Shown: positions 18,181-28,575, counted from the first letter of the stretch. The stretch: 59,191 nt of DNA from a virus (IMGVR_UViG_3300034026_000014:1-59191); one strand, 5' to 3'. The notes: generated by a model not told the origin, from the letters alone. Made by a program: numbers and translations.

Positions 18181-20531
18181 ATACGGTCTAACAACAGAAC
18201 GCCAAGGTCCTCCTCCCGCTGGCTTTTTTTTGCGGAGGCTACTGCCCGCCGCCATTCTGAGGGTGTGAGCAGAGTGAACTGGAGAAGTATCTCTTCGTCT
18301 GCCAGCTGACTGAAGACCTTCTCGGCGATCTCCCGGTAGAGTGCGAAAGAGCGTTCCTCCGAACGCAGGACGATCTGTATTACTACTTCCTCGAACGGCA
18401 GGTTACGTAAATCTAGCCCGTGCCGCGCCCACTCTCCGACGGCGAGAACCTTTTCTATCTTATCCTCAAAAAAATCGGTCAGACTCTGTAGGGCGGTTTT
18501 GAGCACCTCCAGAAGCCCGCCTGACTGCCTCTCAAACTCATCATTCGCGGCGTTAACCTGGCGCAGACGATCAAGGAGGAGGGTAATCCCCTCGTAATCA
18601 GGAAGCAGGAGACCGCTCTTCGCGGCCTCCTTATCCTCTACCTTGTCGCGGATCTCGTCAGCCCTTGAGCGCTGGAAGAAGAGTCTAAGCTGCTTGTAGA
18701 GAGTTACCTTCTTAGGCTCGAATCGCCAGCGGCGCGGCGCCACCACCGTCCCGACGTGACGGAGGAGCGCCGACACGTCGACCGCCCCCATCTGCACGTC
18801 CGGCGCTTCAGAAAACCTTGTCAGGAGGTGCCTGTGGACATCGCCCTCCTTCGCCTCACCCTGCTCTCTCAAAAACTCGAAGACGTAATAACGGGCGCGG
18901 TCGATGGTCGGCAAACTGGGATCGAGCGTGCTCCCGGGATTCATGACCCAGGAGCTGGCGTCTTTATCGAGCTGCCAGATAGCGAAGCGCGGCGTTTCCA
19001 AAAGTTTTTGAATATCTTCTGTTAACTCCGCGGGGTTCTCGCGGTAATTCCTGAAGGCCCGGCTGTCGAGAATCTGCTGGATCACCCCGGAAACAATTAT
19101 TTTGATGTCCGCCCCCAGATAAGAGACTATCAGGCGCTCGATTTCCTTCTCAACGTAGTTGGGTTGAGTCGGCATGTCGAGCACGACGGCACGCGGGTAG
19201 AGGCGGTCGAATTTACGCTGGGACATCTTGCGGAAGTTAAGATACATGTCCCCGCTCGGGTTGATATTCGGATTCTCCCGCTGCCTGGTCGAAGTGATTT
19301 TAAGGTCCTGCCAGACGGCGTTGACATAGCGCAGCCCGCTCCGCTCACAGGCCGCCACGATGCTCTGCCACAGGCTCAAGTCGCGATGTTTGTAGACGAG
19401 GGTGAACCAGCGGTCGGGTTTTAGCGCCCGCGCAATGGCTTCCATCGACGCGGCGAACTCCTGCTCAAACTGCTGCCGTGTTTTAGACTCCGACCCGCCG
19501 ATCAGCAACTCGTCGCGCCGGGTCTCCGTAGTAATGTCAAGCCTCAGCCACGCGGCCCACAGCGCCGATAAATCAACGAAGTGGATGCGGTTGGAGTACG
19601 GCGGGTCGGTGAAGCAGTAATCTACAGTCCCCTCCCCCGTGACCTCGTGGATGCGTCTTGCCGGCACGTCCGCGAATGTGATGTTTCGTTCACTGTAACG
19701 CTCACCTATTAGCTTATTGGTCTCCTGTTTCGCCTCCAACACGTTCTTAAACATGCGGTCGAAGGTCGGCCAAACCAGCAGCTCATAAAATAGGGCCTCG
19801 GAAGCTGGTGAGTAACTGAACCGGCGGAAGACGCCTGCGTCACCCCGGTAAGGGGAGCGGCGCTTACCCTTATCGAAGGGGAGTATGTACGTCCTGTTGC
19901 AGTAACGGACCGTGTTCGCCAGCGCCATCATGAGCAGTTCGCGCAGCAGATGATCTTTCGTCTGCTCGATTGCTCCCCGAAGAATGCTCAGGCCCGCCAG
20001 CTGCCGCGGTGTATGAAGCTCATTAATCGTCTCGGCGCCGCCGGCACCACGCACGGACTGTGGGATTGGATCGCGCGGGTAGTCCAGCCTGAGGAGCAGG
20101 CCGGCCACCTCCGCGTCCGACATGTGATCCAAAGCTTCGATGGGTGCCAGGGCGGCGGCACGCACCTCATCGAAAGAGGCGCGCAAGGCGGCTACATCGA
20201 CCGGCGCCACGGCGGTCATGCGCGTTATGAACCTTGCAAACGGATTTATGTCGCTCGCGACCGTACGCCTACCGAGTACGAGCGCCTCGACGGGCGTCAC
20301 GCCGCTGCCCGAGAAGGGGTCGCACACGAGTTCGCCCGGGGAGGTGTAATGCTTGATGTACTCTTGTATGACGGGCCACGGCTTCTTAGCAAAGAACGGG
20401 GAAAATCCGAAGTGCCTTGAGGCGCCCTTGATGCGGGACCTGTAAGGGACGCTGTAGTCTATCGGCGTGTCGGTGACGTGAGGACGGTCGCCGGGCGAGG
20501 ATGCGTCTAAGTTGCGAGCGAGATTCGGCAT
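18177..20531 (-). CDS. Adenine-specific DNA methyltransferase with C-terminal degenerate MNT-like domain
   Basis: DPFSGSG (motif I), TDPPY (motif IV); C-terminal KIEKVLAVGEWARHG...EEVVIQIVL resembles the MNT GS-x-ARG...D-x-D region. Confidence 0.8.
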   Translation of the reverse strand: MPNLARNLDASSPGDRPHVTDTPIDYSVPYRSRIKGASRHFGFSPFFAKKPWPVIQEYIKHYTSPGELVCDPFSGSGVTPVEALVLGRRTVASDINPFARFITRMTAVAPVDVAALRASFDEVRAAALAPIEALDHMSDAEVAGLLLRLDYPRDPIPQSVRGAGGAETINELHTPRQLAGLSILRGAIEQTKDHLLRELLMMALANTVRYCNRTYILPFDKGKRRSPYRGDAGVFRRFSYSPASEALFYELLVWPTFDRMFKNVLEAKQETNKLIGERYSERNITFADVPARRIHEVTGEGTVDYCFTDPPYSNRIHFVDLSALWAAWLRLDITTETRRDELLIGGSESKTRQQFEQEFAASMEAIARALKPDRWFTLVYKHRDLSLWQSIVAACERSGLRYVNAVWQDLKITSTRQRENPNINPSGDMYLNFRKMSQRKFDRLYPRAVVLDMPTQPNYVEKEIERLIVSYLGADIKIIVSGVIQQILDSRAFRNYRENPAELTEDIQKLLETPRFAIWQLDKDASSWVMNPGSTLDPSLPTIDRARYYVFEFLREQGEAKEGDVHRHLLTRFSEAPDVQMGAVDVSALLRHVGTVVAPRRWRFEPKKVTLYKQLRLFFQRSRADEIRDKVEDKEAAKSGLLLPDYEGITLLLDRLRQVNAANDEFERQSGGLLEVLKTALQSLTDFFEDKIEKVLAVGEWARHGLDLRNLPFEEVVIQIVLRSEERSFALYREIAEKVFSQLADEEILLQFTLLTPSEWRRAVASAKKSQREEDLGVLLLDRI

Positions 20532-20534
20532 GCT

Positions 20535-21017
20535 TTAGGCCGCCTTTCGGAGCTTCTCGACCTGCTCATGAATCGGGACTAAAAGCAGCATCTGCCCGTT
20601 GTGCTTGTGGATGTCAACCACCTCATTATTACTATTCGCATAGTAGACCGAGTATCCGTCGGTCAGGAGGTAGGTTTCGGGGGCGTCCAACCGGATCTTG
20701 TGCTCCTCCAGATTACGCGCTACCTTCTGCACCTGGCTGGGTGTGAAACCCGACCGCCGCAGGTGACACACGATTAAGGCTTTGATCACGTCCACGGCAG
20801 AGTAGAAGGAGGACGGCTTACCGGTCGGCGCATCCGAACGCCGCAACGTGGGGTTAAGGAGGCCGGTTTTATCCCAGTACGAGGCTTGCCTTCTGGTCAT
20901 ACCAGTCAGCCTAAGAAGCTCCGGCACAGTATATAGCCGCTTGCCGAATGGCTTCTTCTTCGGCAATGTAGTGTTCAGCCTGCTGAGACCTCTCGACGCA
21001 TCGCCTTTCTTTCTCAT
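20535..21017 (-). CDS. MerR-family HTH regulator
   Basis: YTVPELLRLTGMTRRQASYWDKTGLLNP...YSAVDV...LRRSG; start uncertain. Confidence 0.8.
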   Translation of the reverse strand: MRKKGDASRGLSRLNTTLPKKKPFGKRLYTVPELLRLTGMTRRQASYWDKTGLLNPTLRRSDAPTGKPSSFYSAVDVIKALIVCHLRRSGFTPSQVQKVARNLEEHKIRLDAPETYLLTDGYSVYYANSNNEVVDIHKHNGQMLLLVPIHEQVEKLRKAA

Positions 21018-21154
21018 AGCACTTATCCATGAACAAATGTGCTTACATTTGTTCATGGTAACGAACTTAGACCGTACTAGCAATATTTTTCTTTTCCAAA
21101 CCTCTCAATTTCCAGCGTCGGATAACGTTTTATTATGACCGAAGGAGAGTGGGT

Positions 21155-21883
21155 ATGAGAGAGGCAGAAAAGATAGTCCGTGCGCTCGTCGAGAGCGTCG
21201 GCGGTGAGAGTAATGCTCAGCGCGTGGAAGACGGAAGCGCAGCCTACTCGCTCGGCGTCGAGCAGGCACAGACCGCGCTGGCGGAAGCCCTGACGCTGGC
21301 ACCCCGGCCGGGCTTCCTGATTTTCGTCGCCCTGGACTACGACCCGGTGACGTCCCAGTTTATCGCCGAGTTCGATGGCTTCCAGGACCTGACTTTATTA
21401 CAGGTGGTCATGAACCCTGACCTGTTCACCGACGACTTAAAGAAGGGGCGGAGGGGCAACGAGAGCTTCTGGCTCGTGGGACAGCCGGACGTCGAGTTGC
21501 GTGAGGCCGGGGAGAACGGCAAGGGCGAGAAACAGTTTCAGGTCGAGGTTCTCGGGTTCGATTATTACAACGTCAAGGAGGGTGCTATCGAATCCGGCGG
21601 CACCAACCGCATCGCCGTCTGGATGCTCGACACGAACTACGACGGCCGCAGCCTCTTCCCTCATCAGGTCTTCTTCCCGATGGCAGGCGAAAAGGACGGA
21701 TGGTCCCGCCTGGCTAAAAATCTGAAGGCTGAGATTGACGAGGAGAAAATCGAAGCCTATCGAGGCACCGTGTCTCTCCCCTTCACCGTCGGCAGCCACG
21801 GGCGCGTCGCCGTCAAAATCGTGGACGACCGCGGCATCGAGAGCGTGAGGTTGATTGAGTTCCCCTCCCATGTCTCAGGCTGA
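21155..21883 (+). pseudogene. C-terminal part of a type III-like site-specific DNA methyltransferase (Mod)
   Basis: GQPDV, WMLDTNYDG, SLPF and AVKIVDDRGIES are typical of Mod C-termini; no catalytic motifs present. Confidence 0.65.
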
Positions 21884-22085
21884 AATCCAGTACATCTACG
21901 AGGTCGGCTACATCACTCTCCGGAGGGTGCGCGGCGACTACTGGCCCGACAAGCTCGCCGACCGCGCGGCGCTGGTGGGCTTATGGGGCTGCGGCAGCTT
22001 CACCGAGGAGGAGTATGACCAAGTCCTGTTCGCCGCCGGCGCGCCGCCGTGGGGGCTCGGCCTGGCCGTGATAGAAGATGACTGA
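21870..22085 (+). CDS. Hypothetical phage protein
   Basis: Coupled ORF. Confidence 0.45.
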   Translation: MSQAEIQYIYEVGYITLRRVRGDYWPDKLADRAALVGLWGCGSFTEEEYDQVLFAAGAPPWGLGLAVIEDD

Positions 22086-22551
22086 CAGGAGCAGGCTCGG
22101 CGAGAAATACGCCATCGTCCACACCTCGATTTACCGCGGCGTCCACTGGGACCGCCGCAAGGGCAGGTACCGCGCCGAGATTGAGGTGCGCACCAAACGA
22201 TATAAGCTCGGGTGGTGGAACGACGACCGCGACGCGGCGCTGGCCTACGACGTGGCCTGTGAGCGCCTGGGCGTCCCGGAGCGGCGCAACTTCGGCGCGC
22301 ACCCCGTCTACGACGAGCTGACGCTGCTGCGGTCGCGGATGGGCGTCTGCCCGACCTGCCGCGGGGCGTGCCAGACCGGGGGCGAATTCCACCCGCCGGG
22401 CGTGGCGGGCTCTCACGGCAGGTTCGTGCGGCTGGGGCGGTGGCGCGAGTGTGAGACCTGCGCCGGCGCGGGATACCTCGTGGACGGGAGGTCAGTCCCC
22501 TGTTCACCGAACCAGGATGCGCTATCCTTAGGAGTCGGGGGATGGGCATGA
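22078..22551 (+). CDS. AP2-domain DNA-binding protein with CxxCxGxG-type zinc finger
   Basis: SIYRGVHW...YRAEI...LG...AALAYD AP2 signature; CPTCRG and CETCAGAG. Confidence 0.8.
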   Translation: MTDRSRLGEKYAIVHTSIYRGVHWDRRKGRYRAEIEVRTKRYKLGWWNDDRDAALAYDVACERLGVPERRNFGAHPVYDELTLLRSRMGVCPTCRGACQTGGEFHPPGVAGSHGRFVRLGRWRECETCAGAGYLVDGRSVPCSPNQDALSLGVGGWA

Positions 22552-22799
22552 ACGAGAGGCAGCAGGCGCACATCAATTACTTCCTGGAGCGCGTCGCCTA
22601 CTGGCGGGGTCTGAAGCGCGACTACTGGGCGGCGCGAATGCTGGGGGCACGGGACGCCGACCAGGCGCACCCGCTGCGCAGTGAAGAGGAAGGCGCGGAG
22701 GTCTTCGAGTATCTCAGCCGGCTGGAGCGGGAGGAAGGCGTCGGGACCGCCGACCGCGACGGGCCTGCTCCTGCTGACGCTGTGCCGCCGCGGCCTTGA
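22548..22799 (+). CDS. Hypothetical protein, paralog of 16296-16496
   Basis: ATGA overlap; sequence similarity to 16296-16496. Confidence 0.6.
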   Translation: MNERQQAHINYFLERVAYWRGLKRDYWAARMLGARDADQAHPLRSEEEGAEVFEYLSRLEREEGVGTADRDGPAPADAVPPRP

Positions 22800-22959
22800 T
22801 CTCGCTCGGGGTCGGCGGCGGCGGCGCGCCCAGCGCCTCGTGGAGGAGCACGTGGACGGCGTACGCGGCGCCGTGCTCCAGCAGCTCCGGGCGGCGGCGC
22901 GCGACGAGGCCCTCGGTCTCAGGCCGCAGCCGCATCTGTTTCCCCTGATGTTGACTCAT
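22714..22959 (-). CDS. Small hypothetical protein, possibly DNA-binding
   Basis: RBS GAGG; directly follows 22960-23562. Confidence 0.45.
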   Translation of the reverse strand: MSQHQGKQMRLRPETEGLVARRRPELLEHGAAYAVHVLLHEALGAPPPPTPSEIKAAAAQRQQEQARRGRRSRRLPPAPAG

Positions 22960-23562
22960 CTATTTATCCTCGGTTCGCTGCACCAATTTTTTCAGCGCGG
23001 AAATCGTCCCCGGACTCACCCTGTATTTCCTGGCCAGGTCCGCCCCTGACTTACCCTGACGCAGCTCGAGCAGGATGGCCGATTTGACGCCCGCCTCTAT
23101 CCCCCGGTGCCGGCCGGTCTGCTTGCCGAGGTGGAGGTGCTCGGCCGCTACGCAGTCCGCATTCCCGCACGTCGTCAGCACATCCCTGTCGGGGACCTCG
23201 CCGCGGGCGAAAAACCACGCCGCCTTACGCGGGCGGACGTTCTCGCCGCGCAGCTTGAAGCGCCCGCCGGCAGTCCACAGCAGACAGCCGCCCTCCCCCG
23301 CGGCCACTTTCTCGCGGAAGCGGGCCTCGTCGTCGCCGGGCGCGCGCGGCGCGGCTTTGGGGACGTCGGCGCCGGGCCGTGCCTCCAGATAGGCCAGGAG
23401 GAAGTGCACGAACGCGGGCGCGGAATCCACACGCTCCCACCGCTTCCACGTGGCCTCCGAGACGCGCACCGCGCGGCAGATGCCTTTGACCGACAGACCT
23501 AATTTCTCCCGCCGCAGGACGACCTCCGCGGCGGGCAGCTTCGGGTAATCCATCGGACTCAC
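22960..23562 (-). CDS. XRE-HTH + degenerate HNH-like + HTH protein
   Basis: RREKLGLS...SEATWKRWE; CLLW...VLTTCGNADCVAAEHL; GADLARKYRVSPGTIS. Confidence 0.7.
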   Translation of the reverse strand: MSPMDYPKLPAAEVVLRREKLGLSVKGICRAVRVSEATWKRWERVDSAPAFVHFLLAYLEARPGADVPKAAPRAPGDDEARFREKVAAGEGGCLLWTAGGRFKLRGENVRPRKAAWFFARGEVPDRDVLTTCGNADCVAAEHLHLGKQTGRHRGIEAGVKSAILLELRQGKSGADLARKYRVSPGTISALKKLVQRTEDK

Positions 23563-23843
23563 CTTGAGCGCCGCCGCCGCGGCGTGAAAGTCTGGTCATG
23601 ACCGAAATAATCGAGGATGGGGTGGTACGTGCCGGCGCAAGCGAGGAGCCTGGTCAGGTCCAGCGGCTCCCACCGTGCGGGCGGGTCGTAGTCGCCTGAC
23701 GCCGGCAGCGTGCGGCGGCTCGGCACACCACGGATGCGCGCGTATTGGTATCGGTGACGCGCGTTGTCGTGGGGGTCGCGCATCTGGAGGACGCCGTCGG
23801 GCAGGAGGCAGCCGCCGTACTCCGCGAGCCTGCGTGCGTTCAT
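23559..23843 (-). CDS. Hypothetical phage protein
   Basis: RBS GGAGG; coupled operon. Confidence 0.5.
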   Translation of the reverse strand: MNARRLAEYGGCLLPDGVLQMRDPHDNARHRYQYARIRGVPSRRTLPASGDYDPPARWEPLDLTRLLACAGTYHPILDYFGHDQTFTPRRRRSR

Positions 23844-24145
23844 GACCGCCTCCTGCCGACGCGCACCAGCGTCGGCGCCTCTTTTGTCCCGCGGGCGAGG
23901 AAGTGCTTGCCGCACACGTCGCAGATGCGGTAGCCGGGGACGTAGCCGGCCTCGGCCCAGCGGACGGTGCCGCCGCACGCCGACGGGCAAGGCACGTCCG
24001 TCACGGCTGTCCAGTAGTCTTTCGCGGTCGGGTGTGGCGCGCCGTCCGGGTACATCTTCAGCGCGGCGGGAGGCATCGGGTAGACGCGGGCGCCCTTCCA
24101 CCCGCGCCCGTCCAGGTTGTGCTGCTCGACTCTGTATGCGCTCAT
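23840..24145 (-). CDS. Zn-ribbon hypothetical protein
   Basis: CPSAC...CDVC. Confidence 0.55.
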   Translation of the reverse strand: MSAYRVEQHNLDGRGWKGARVYPMPPAALKMYPDGAPHPTAKDYWTAVTDVPCPSACGGTVRWAEAGYVPGYRICDVCGKHFLARGTKEAPTLVRVGRRRS

Positions 24146-24159
24146 CGTGCCAACCCCCC

Positions 24160-24726
24160 TTAATTCTCGCAGCCGCAGGAGTCGCAGCCGTCGTGGTGGA
24201 AGGAGCAGAAGCCGCTGCCGCAGGTGCAGTGGTGAGAGCGGTGGCACCAGCACTCGCACGGGCCGCCCGCCGCCTCGCGCTTCATGCGCTCGGCGTACTC
24301 ACGCAGGCCGTCGAGCGTCTGCGGCTTGCCGTAGCGCTTCGTGACGCGCGCCTCGGAGGCGGGTTTGAAAAAAGTCTTGGAGCCGTCGCGGAACATGAGG
24401 CGGACCCACGCGCCGCGGTCATTTGAGCCCTCGCCGACGAGGTAGTAGCTGTGGCCGTCGTACTCGGCGCGGCCGATGATGTTCTCGCGGTCACGCTCCA
24501 GGCGTTCGGCTGCCACGTCCTGAGAGGCGGGCATCGGCTTGGCGATCAGGCTCTCGATCCGGGAGCGCTTCGCCGCGCCGATCCACCACTGGCGGCGCTC
24601 GCCGTCCCAGTGGCACCCGGCCGCCTTGAGCGCGTCCTTGACCGCGTAGGTGTTGCCCGTCACGTAGAGGCGCTGCCCGACCTGCTCGACGCTGATGCCC
24701 GACGTGGTATGATTCGTGGTGGCCAT
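24160..24726 (-). CDS. Hypothetical phage protein (TY.VKD.LKA.G..WD...W domain plus Cys/His tail)
   Basis: RBS AAGGAG; recurrent small phage domain motif. Confidence 0.65.
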   Translation of the reverse strand: MATTNHTTSGISVEQVGQRLYVTGNTYAVKDALKAAGCHWDGERRQWWIGAAKRSRIESLIAKPMPASQDVAAERLERDRENIIGRAEYDGHSYYLVGEGSNDRGAWVRLMFRDGSKTFFKPASEARVTKRYGKPQTLDGLREYAERMKREAAGGPCECWCHRSHHCTCGSGFCSFHHDGCDSCGCEN

Positions 24727-24814
24727 GACTCAATCTCCTTAACCGGTGTGAGTTGTGGTCGAGAGCCCGGCGGGGTCGCCGCCCCGGCGGGCTCATTTCG
24801 TTGTCAACGGGGAT

Positions 24815-24843
24815 AAGATACAGGATGGATGCCATCCTGTCAA
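24815..24843 (-). promoter_or_regulatory. Leftward sigma70 promoter with a 9-bp-arm palindromic operator
   Basis: TTGACA-17-TATCTT on the minus strand; ACAGGATGG-atg-CCATCCTGT at 24820-24840 fills the spacer. Confidence 0.75.
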
Positions 24844-25019
24844 GAACTATTTTCGCTCCTCTCTTCCCCGCCTTCCGCCTTCGGCCGCGACTCGTCGGCC
24901 GTCTCCTCCTGTAGCAACTCCCGGTCACACCGCAGGCAAATAGGCTCGCCCCGGTAATCGAGACGGCCCCGGTCGGCGTAGCCGATCTCCTCCCCGCATT
25001 GGGCGCATACAGCAGCCAT
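24840..25019 (-). CDS. Small Zn-finger protein
   Basis: CAQC...CLRC. Confidence 0.4.
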   Translation of the reverse strand: MAAVCAQCGEEIGYADRGRLDYRGEPICLRCDRELLQEETADESRPKAEGGEERSENSS

Positions 25020-25101
25020 ACGACAGTGACTAACCAAACCTAAAGGACTTTGTGTTGTTTAACTACTTGAGTATGTCAAGGACTTTATCAGACGTGGCAG
25101 G

Positions 25102-25428
25102 TCAGGCCGCGGCGAACCACCTCGCTTCGAGCTCCGCCGCGTGGCGCGGGCTGCGCCTCCGCACCTCCTCGATGTGAGCCCGGCGGTCGCGCGTGAGTCT
25201 CTCCAGCCGCTTCCGCCCGCGAGCTTCCCTCCCCACGGCGCGCCGCTCGGCCGCGGTCTGAAGGTGATGAGGATCCTCCGTCGGCAAAGCCTCGAACGCT
25301 TCCCTGCCCGCGCCGTCGGCGACGAGGCGGCGGCCGTGACAGCGTCCGCCACACCTGCACCTGCACTGTGAGGCCGGGGTCGTGGCCGCCTCGCACCGCT
25401 CGACGTGTTCCTGGCTGTTGGCGCGCAT
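25102..25428 (-). CDS. Cys-rich hypothetical protein
   Basis: CEAA...CRCRCGGRCHG motif; own promoter. Confidence 0.6.
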   Translation of the reverse strand: MRANSQEHVERCEAATTPASQCRCRCGGRCHGRRLVADGAGREAFEALPTEDPHHLQTAAERRAVGREARGRKRLERLTRDRRAHIEEVRRRSPRHAAELEARWFAAA

Positions 25429-25468
25429 CTCGATCCCCTTCCCTGCTGTTAATTCCCGAAGACGAGTA

Positions 25469-25539
25469 ATTATCTCGCTTGCGCGCTAGTTTGTCAACGA
25501 AATATTTTACTTGCGGAATAATTTCCCGTGAGGTATAAA
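25469..25539. promoter_or_regulatory. Divergent sigma70 promoters
   Basis: Minus strand: TTGACA-17-GATAAT (25497-25469); plus strand: TTGCGG-17-TATAAA (25511-25539), 7 nt before ATG 25547 (leaderless). Confidence 0.65.
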
Positions 25540-25546
25540 GTCCGGC

Positions 25547-25753
25547 ATGGAACTGCTAACTACCGAGCAGGCCGCCGAACGCTTGCACGTCACGCCGTCA
25601 CGCGTCCGGGTGCTGATCCGCGCAGGCCGCCTGCCCGCCGAACCGTTCGGACGCGCGTACATGATCCGTGCCGAGGACCTGAAACTGGTCGAGAATCGCA
25701 CCGTCGGCAGACCCTCGGACAAATCCAAGGCTGGTAAAAACGGCGCGAAGTGA
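25547..25753 (+). CDS. Excisionase-like HTH DNA-binding protein
   Basis: [29 protein letters not shown]...GRAYMI. Confidence 0.8.
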   Translation: MELLTTEQAAERLHVTPSRVRVLIRAGRLPAEPFGRAYMIRAEDLKLVENRTVGRPSDKSKAGKNGAK

Positions 25754-25778
25754 GCGCCCCCGGAAGGAGGGTGTCCCC

Positions 25779-26573
<795 letters not shown>

Positions 26574-26699
26574 TATCGAACCCGTCCGGGTGAGCGAACA
26601 TGACCAGGAGTCCGTGAGGCGCGTGCTCGGGAGACTCTCGGGCCGAGTTCCCTTCTCCGAGGAGGCCGACGATTCTGAAACGAATGCGGCCGAAGCAGA

Positions 26700-26907
26700 C
26701 CCCCCCCGCAACTCGCCTGCCCCCGGCAGTCAACCTGCCCCCGGCAATGCATCTGCGGGGGGCGACACATCTGCCCCCCGCAACAACATTGCCCCCCGCA
26801 GCTCATCTACCCCCCGCAGTGCATTTGCCGGGGGCACACCACCTGCTCCCGGCAAAACTGCCGCCCCCCGCAGGCAGACTGCCCCCCGCAGTGCAAGTGC
26901 AGGGGGT
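26700..26907. repeat. 18-bp-period repeat array with a GCCCCC(C/G)GCA core, some units inverted (candidate iterons or parS)
   Basis: About a dozen units at 18-nt spacing; further copies at about 27263-27365. Confidence 0.7.
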
Positions 26908-27821
26908 AAGCAGACGCCCGTGGCCGGAGACGTATCTCCCCAACGTGACTTCACGAAGACGCCGAACTCCATCCTGCGTGATGTCCTCAGGCACGGTCTC
27001 TTCCGGGGCAAGTCGCGCGACATCTACGACTACCTCTACTCGCGGACCCGGGGCGCCATCACGCCGCGCAGGTCGGCGCTGCTGACCTCGGCCGAGATTA
27101 TGCGCGGGGCCAACGTAGGCTCAGACAACACGCTGCGCGTCAACCTGCGCCACCTGATGCACGTCGGCCTCGTCGACCGCAAGGTGAATTCCGGCGCGCA
27201 GGAAGGCAACGAGTATTTTGTCTACCTTCCTGAGGAGGTGAATCTTCCGTTTGACCGTGAAGGCACCCCCCTGCAACTGACCAGCCCCCCGCAGGCCGAC
27301 TGCCCCGGGCACCCGGTGCAGAAACTGCCGGGGGCACCGGGGGCAGAAATTGCGGGGGGTGCCCCAGGTTCATCGGCAGACGGCTCAACGACTTACGACG
27401 GGTCTAAGACTTCTTTTAAGACAAATACTGAGCATGATGATGATGAGGCTTACGCCCGATTTCTCGCGCGCCTGAAGCAGGCCGTGAGGGAAGTGACCGG
27501 CAGGGACTCGTCCGCGGCCGAGGCCGAGCGCTGGGAACAGCTCGCGGAGCTGCTCGTCACCGAGCTGAAGATCGCGGCCGGGCGTACGACCGTCTCCAGC
27601 GTGCCGGCGTTCCTGACCGAGCACCTGCGCCGTAGGCTGTGGAAGAAGGATAAGCGCCAGGTCGAGGCGGAAAGCGCCTCCGAGGGGCGCCTGGCGCCCG
27701 CAAAGGCCGTTACGGGGGACTTCTCGAAGTGCCCGGACTGCTTCGGCACGGGGATGTGGTACCCGGAGGGCTTCGACAAGGGCGTCGCCAGGTGTGCGCA
27801 TGAAAAGTTGGAGCGTGAAAT

Positions 27822-28013
27822 TTGAGTGAGTCGCGGGAGGCAGCTGGGCCAAGCGCGATGGGGATTTTCTTAAGGCGGTTTGTTGTCCCCATCGCGGCTT
27901 GGATATTGACGTTCGCCGTCGCCGGTGCCTGTGGCCTTACGGTTGACTTGCGGTTGATGCTCGTCGTGTTCACTTACTACACAATCAACGCCGTATTTTC
28001 CGGCAAACAATGA
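27822..28013 (+). CDS. Small membrane protein
   Basis: Two hydrophobic segments. Confidence 0.45.
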   Translation: MSESREAAGPSAMGIFLRRFVVPIAAWILTFAVAGACGLTVDLRLMLVVFTYYTINAVFSGKQ

Positions 28014-28028
28014 AATCGGGGGACAGCG

Positions 28029-28541
28029 ATGAGTCGGGAAGGTGAGCAGGAAGAATACGAACGTGGCTACATTGAGGGCGAACGCCGCGCCTACCTGTCA
28101 GTGCTCAGACATGTCCGCTCGCATTTCGATCATGAGGGCGAGACGAAGGAACTCAACTGGCTCATCGAGCGGCAGGAGGCCGTCGGCGTGCTGCGCGGCC
28201 TGTGCGCCCAATTCGGCGACAACGACTGGCCGGATAACCTGTACCTCTACGACGTACTTACCAAACACCTCGGGGATCACCTCGAAGAGGACCTCGAAGG
28301 GTGGAGCCGGGACGAACCTGCCGAGGGGGGGTTCTACTGGGTGAAGGATTACATCCTCGCCGACGGCGCCATCCGACGTTTCCCGGTCGTCTGTCATGTC
28401 CGAGTCGAGTCAGGGGACGACAGCGTCGTCCTCTTCACGGGCGACGAGATGCCACACCGGCTTTCTGAAGTCGTGGGAGGCACTTGGTGGGGGCCGCTCA
28501 CGGCGCCCGCGGAAGTGGCAGCCGACGGGGCTAACTACTGA
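28029..28541 (+). CDS. Hypothetical phage protein
   Basis: 170-aa ORF, coding-like. Confidence 0.6.
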   Translation: MSREGEQEEYERGYIEGERRAYLSVLRHVRSHFDHEGETKELNWLIERQEAVGVLRGLCAQFGDNDWPDNLYLYDVLTKHLGDHLEEDLEGWSRDEPAEGGFYWVKDYILADGAIRRFPVVCHVRVESGDDSVVLFTGDEMPHRLSEVVGGTWWGPLTAPAEVAADGANY

Positions 28542-28575
28542 CTACTGACTACTGACTACTGACTACTGACTACTG
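28534..28575. repeat. Heptanucleotide tandem repeat (ACTACTG)x6
   Basis: Six perfect copies. Confidence 0.95.

Noticed and set aside
26700-26907. Repeat array as a CRISPR array
   Set aside because: 18-bp period, no spacer-sized unique segments, lies within a CDS, no cas genes
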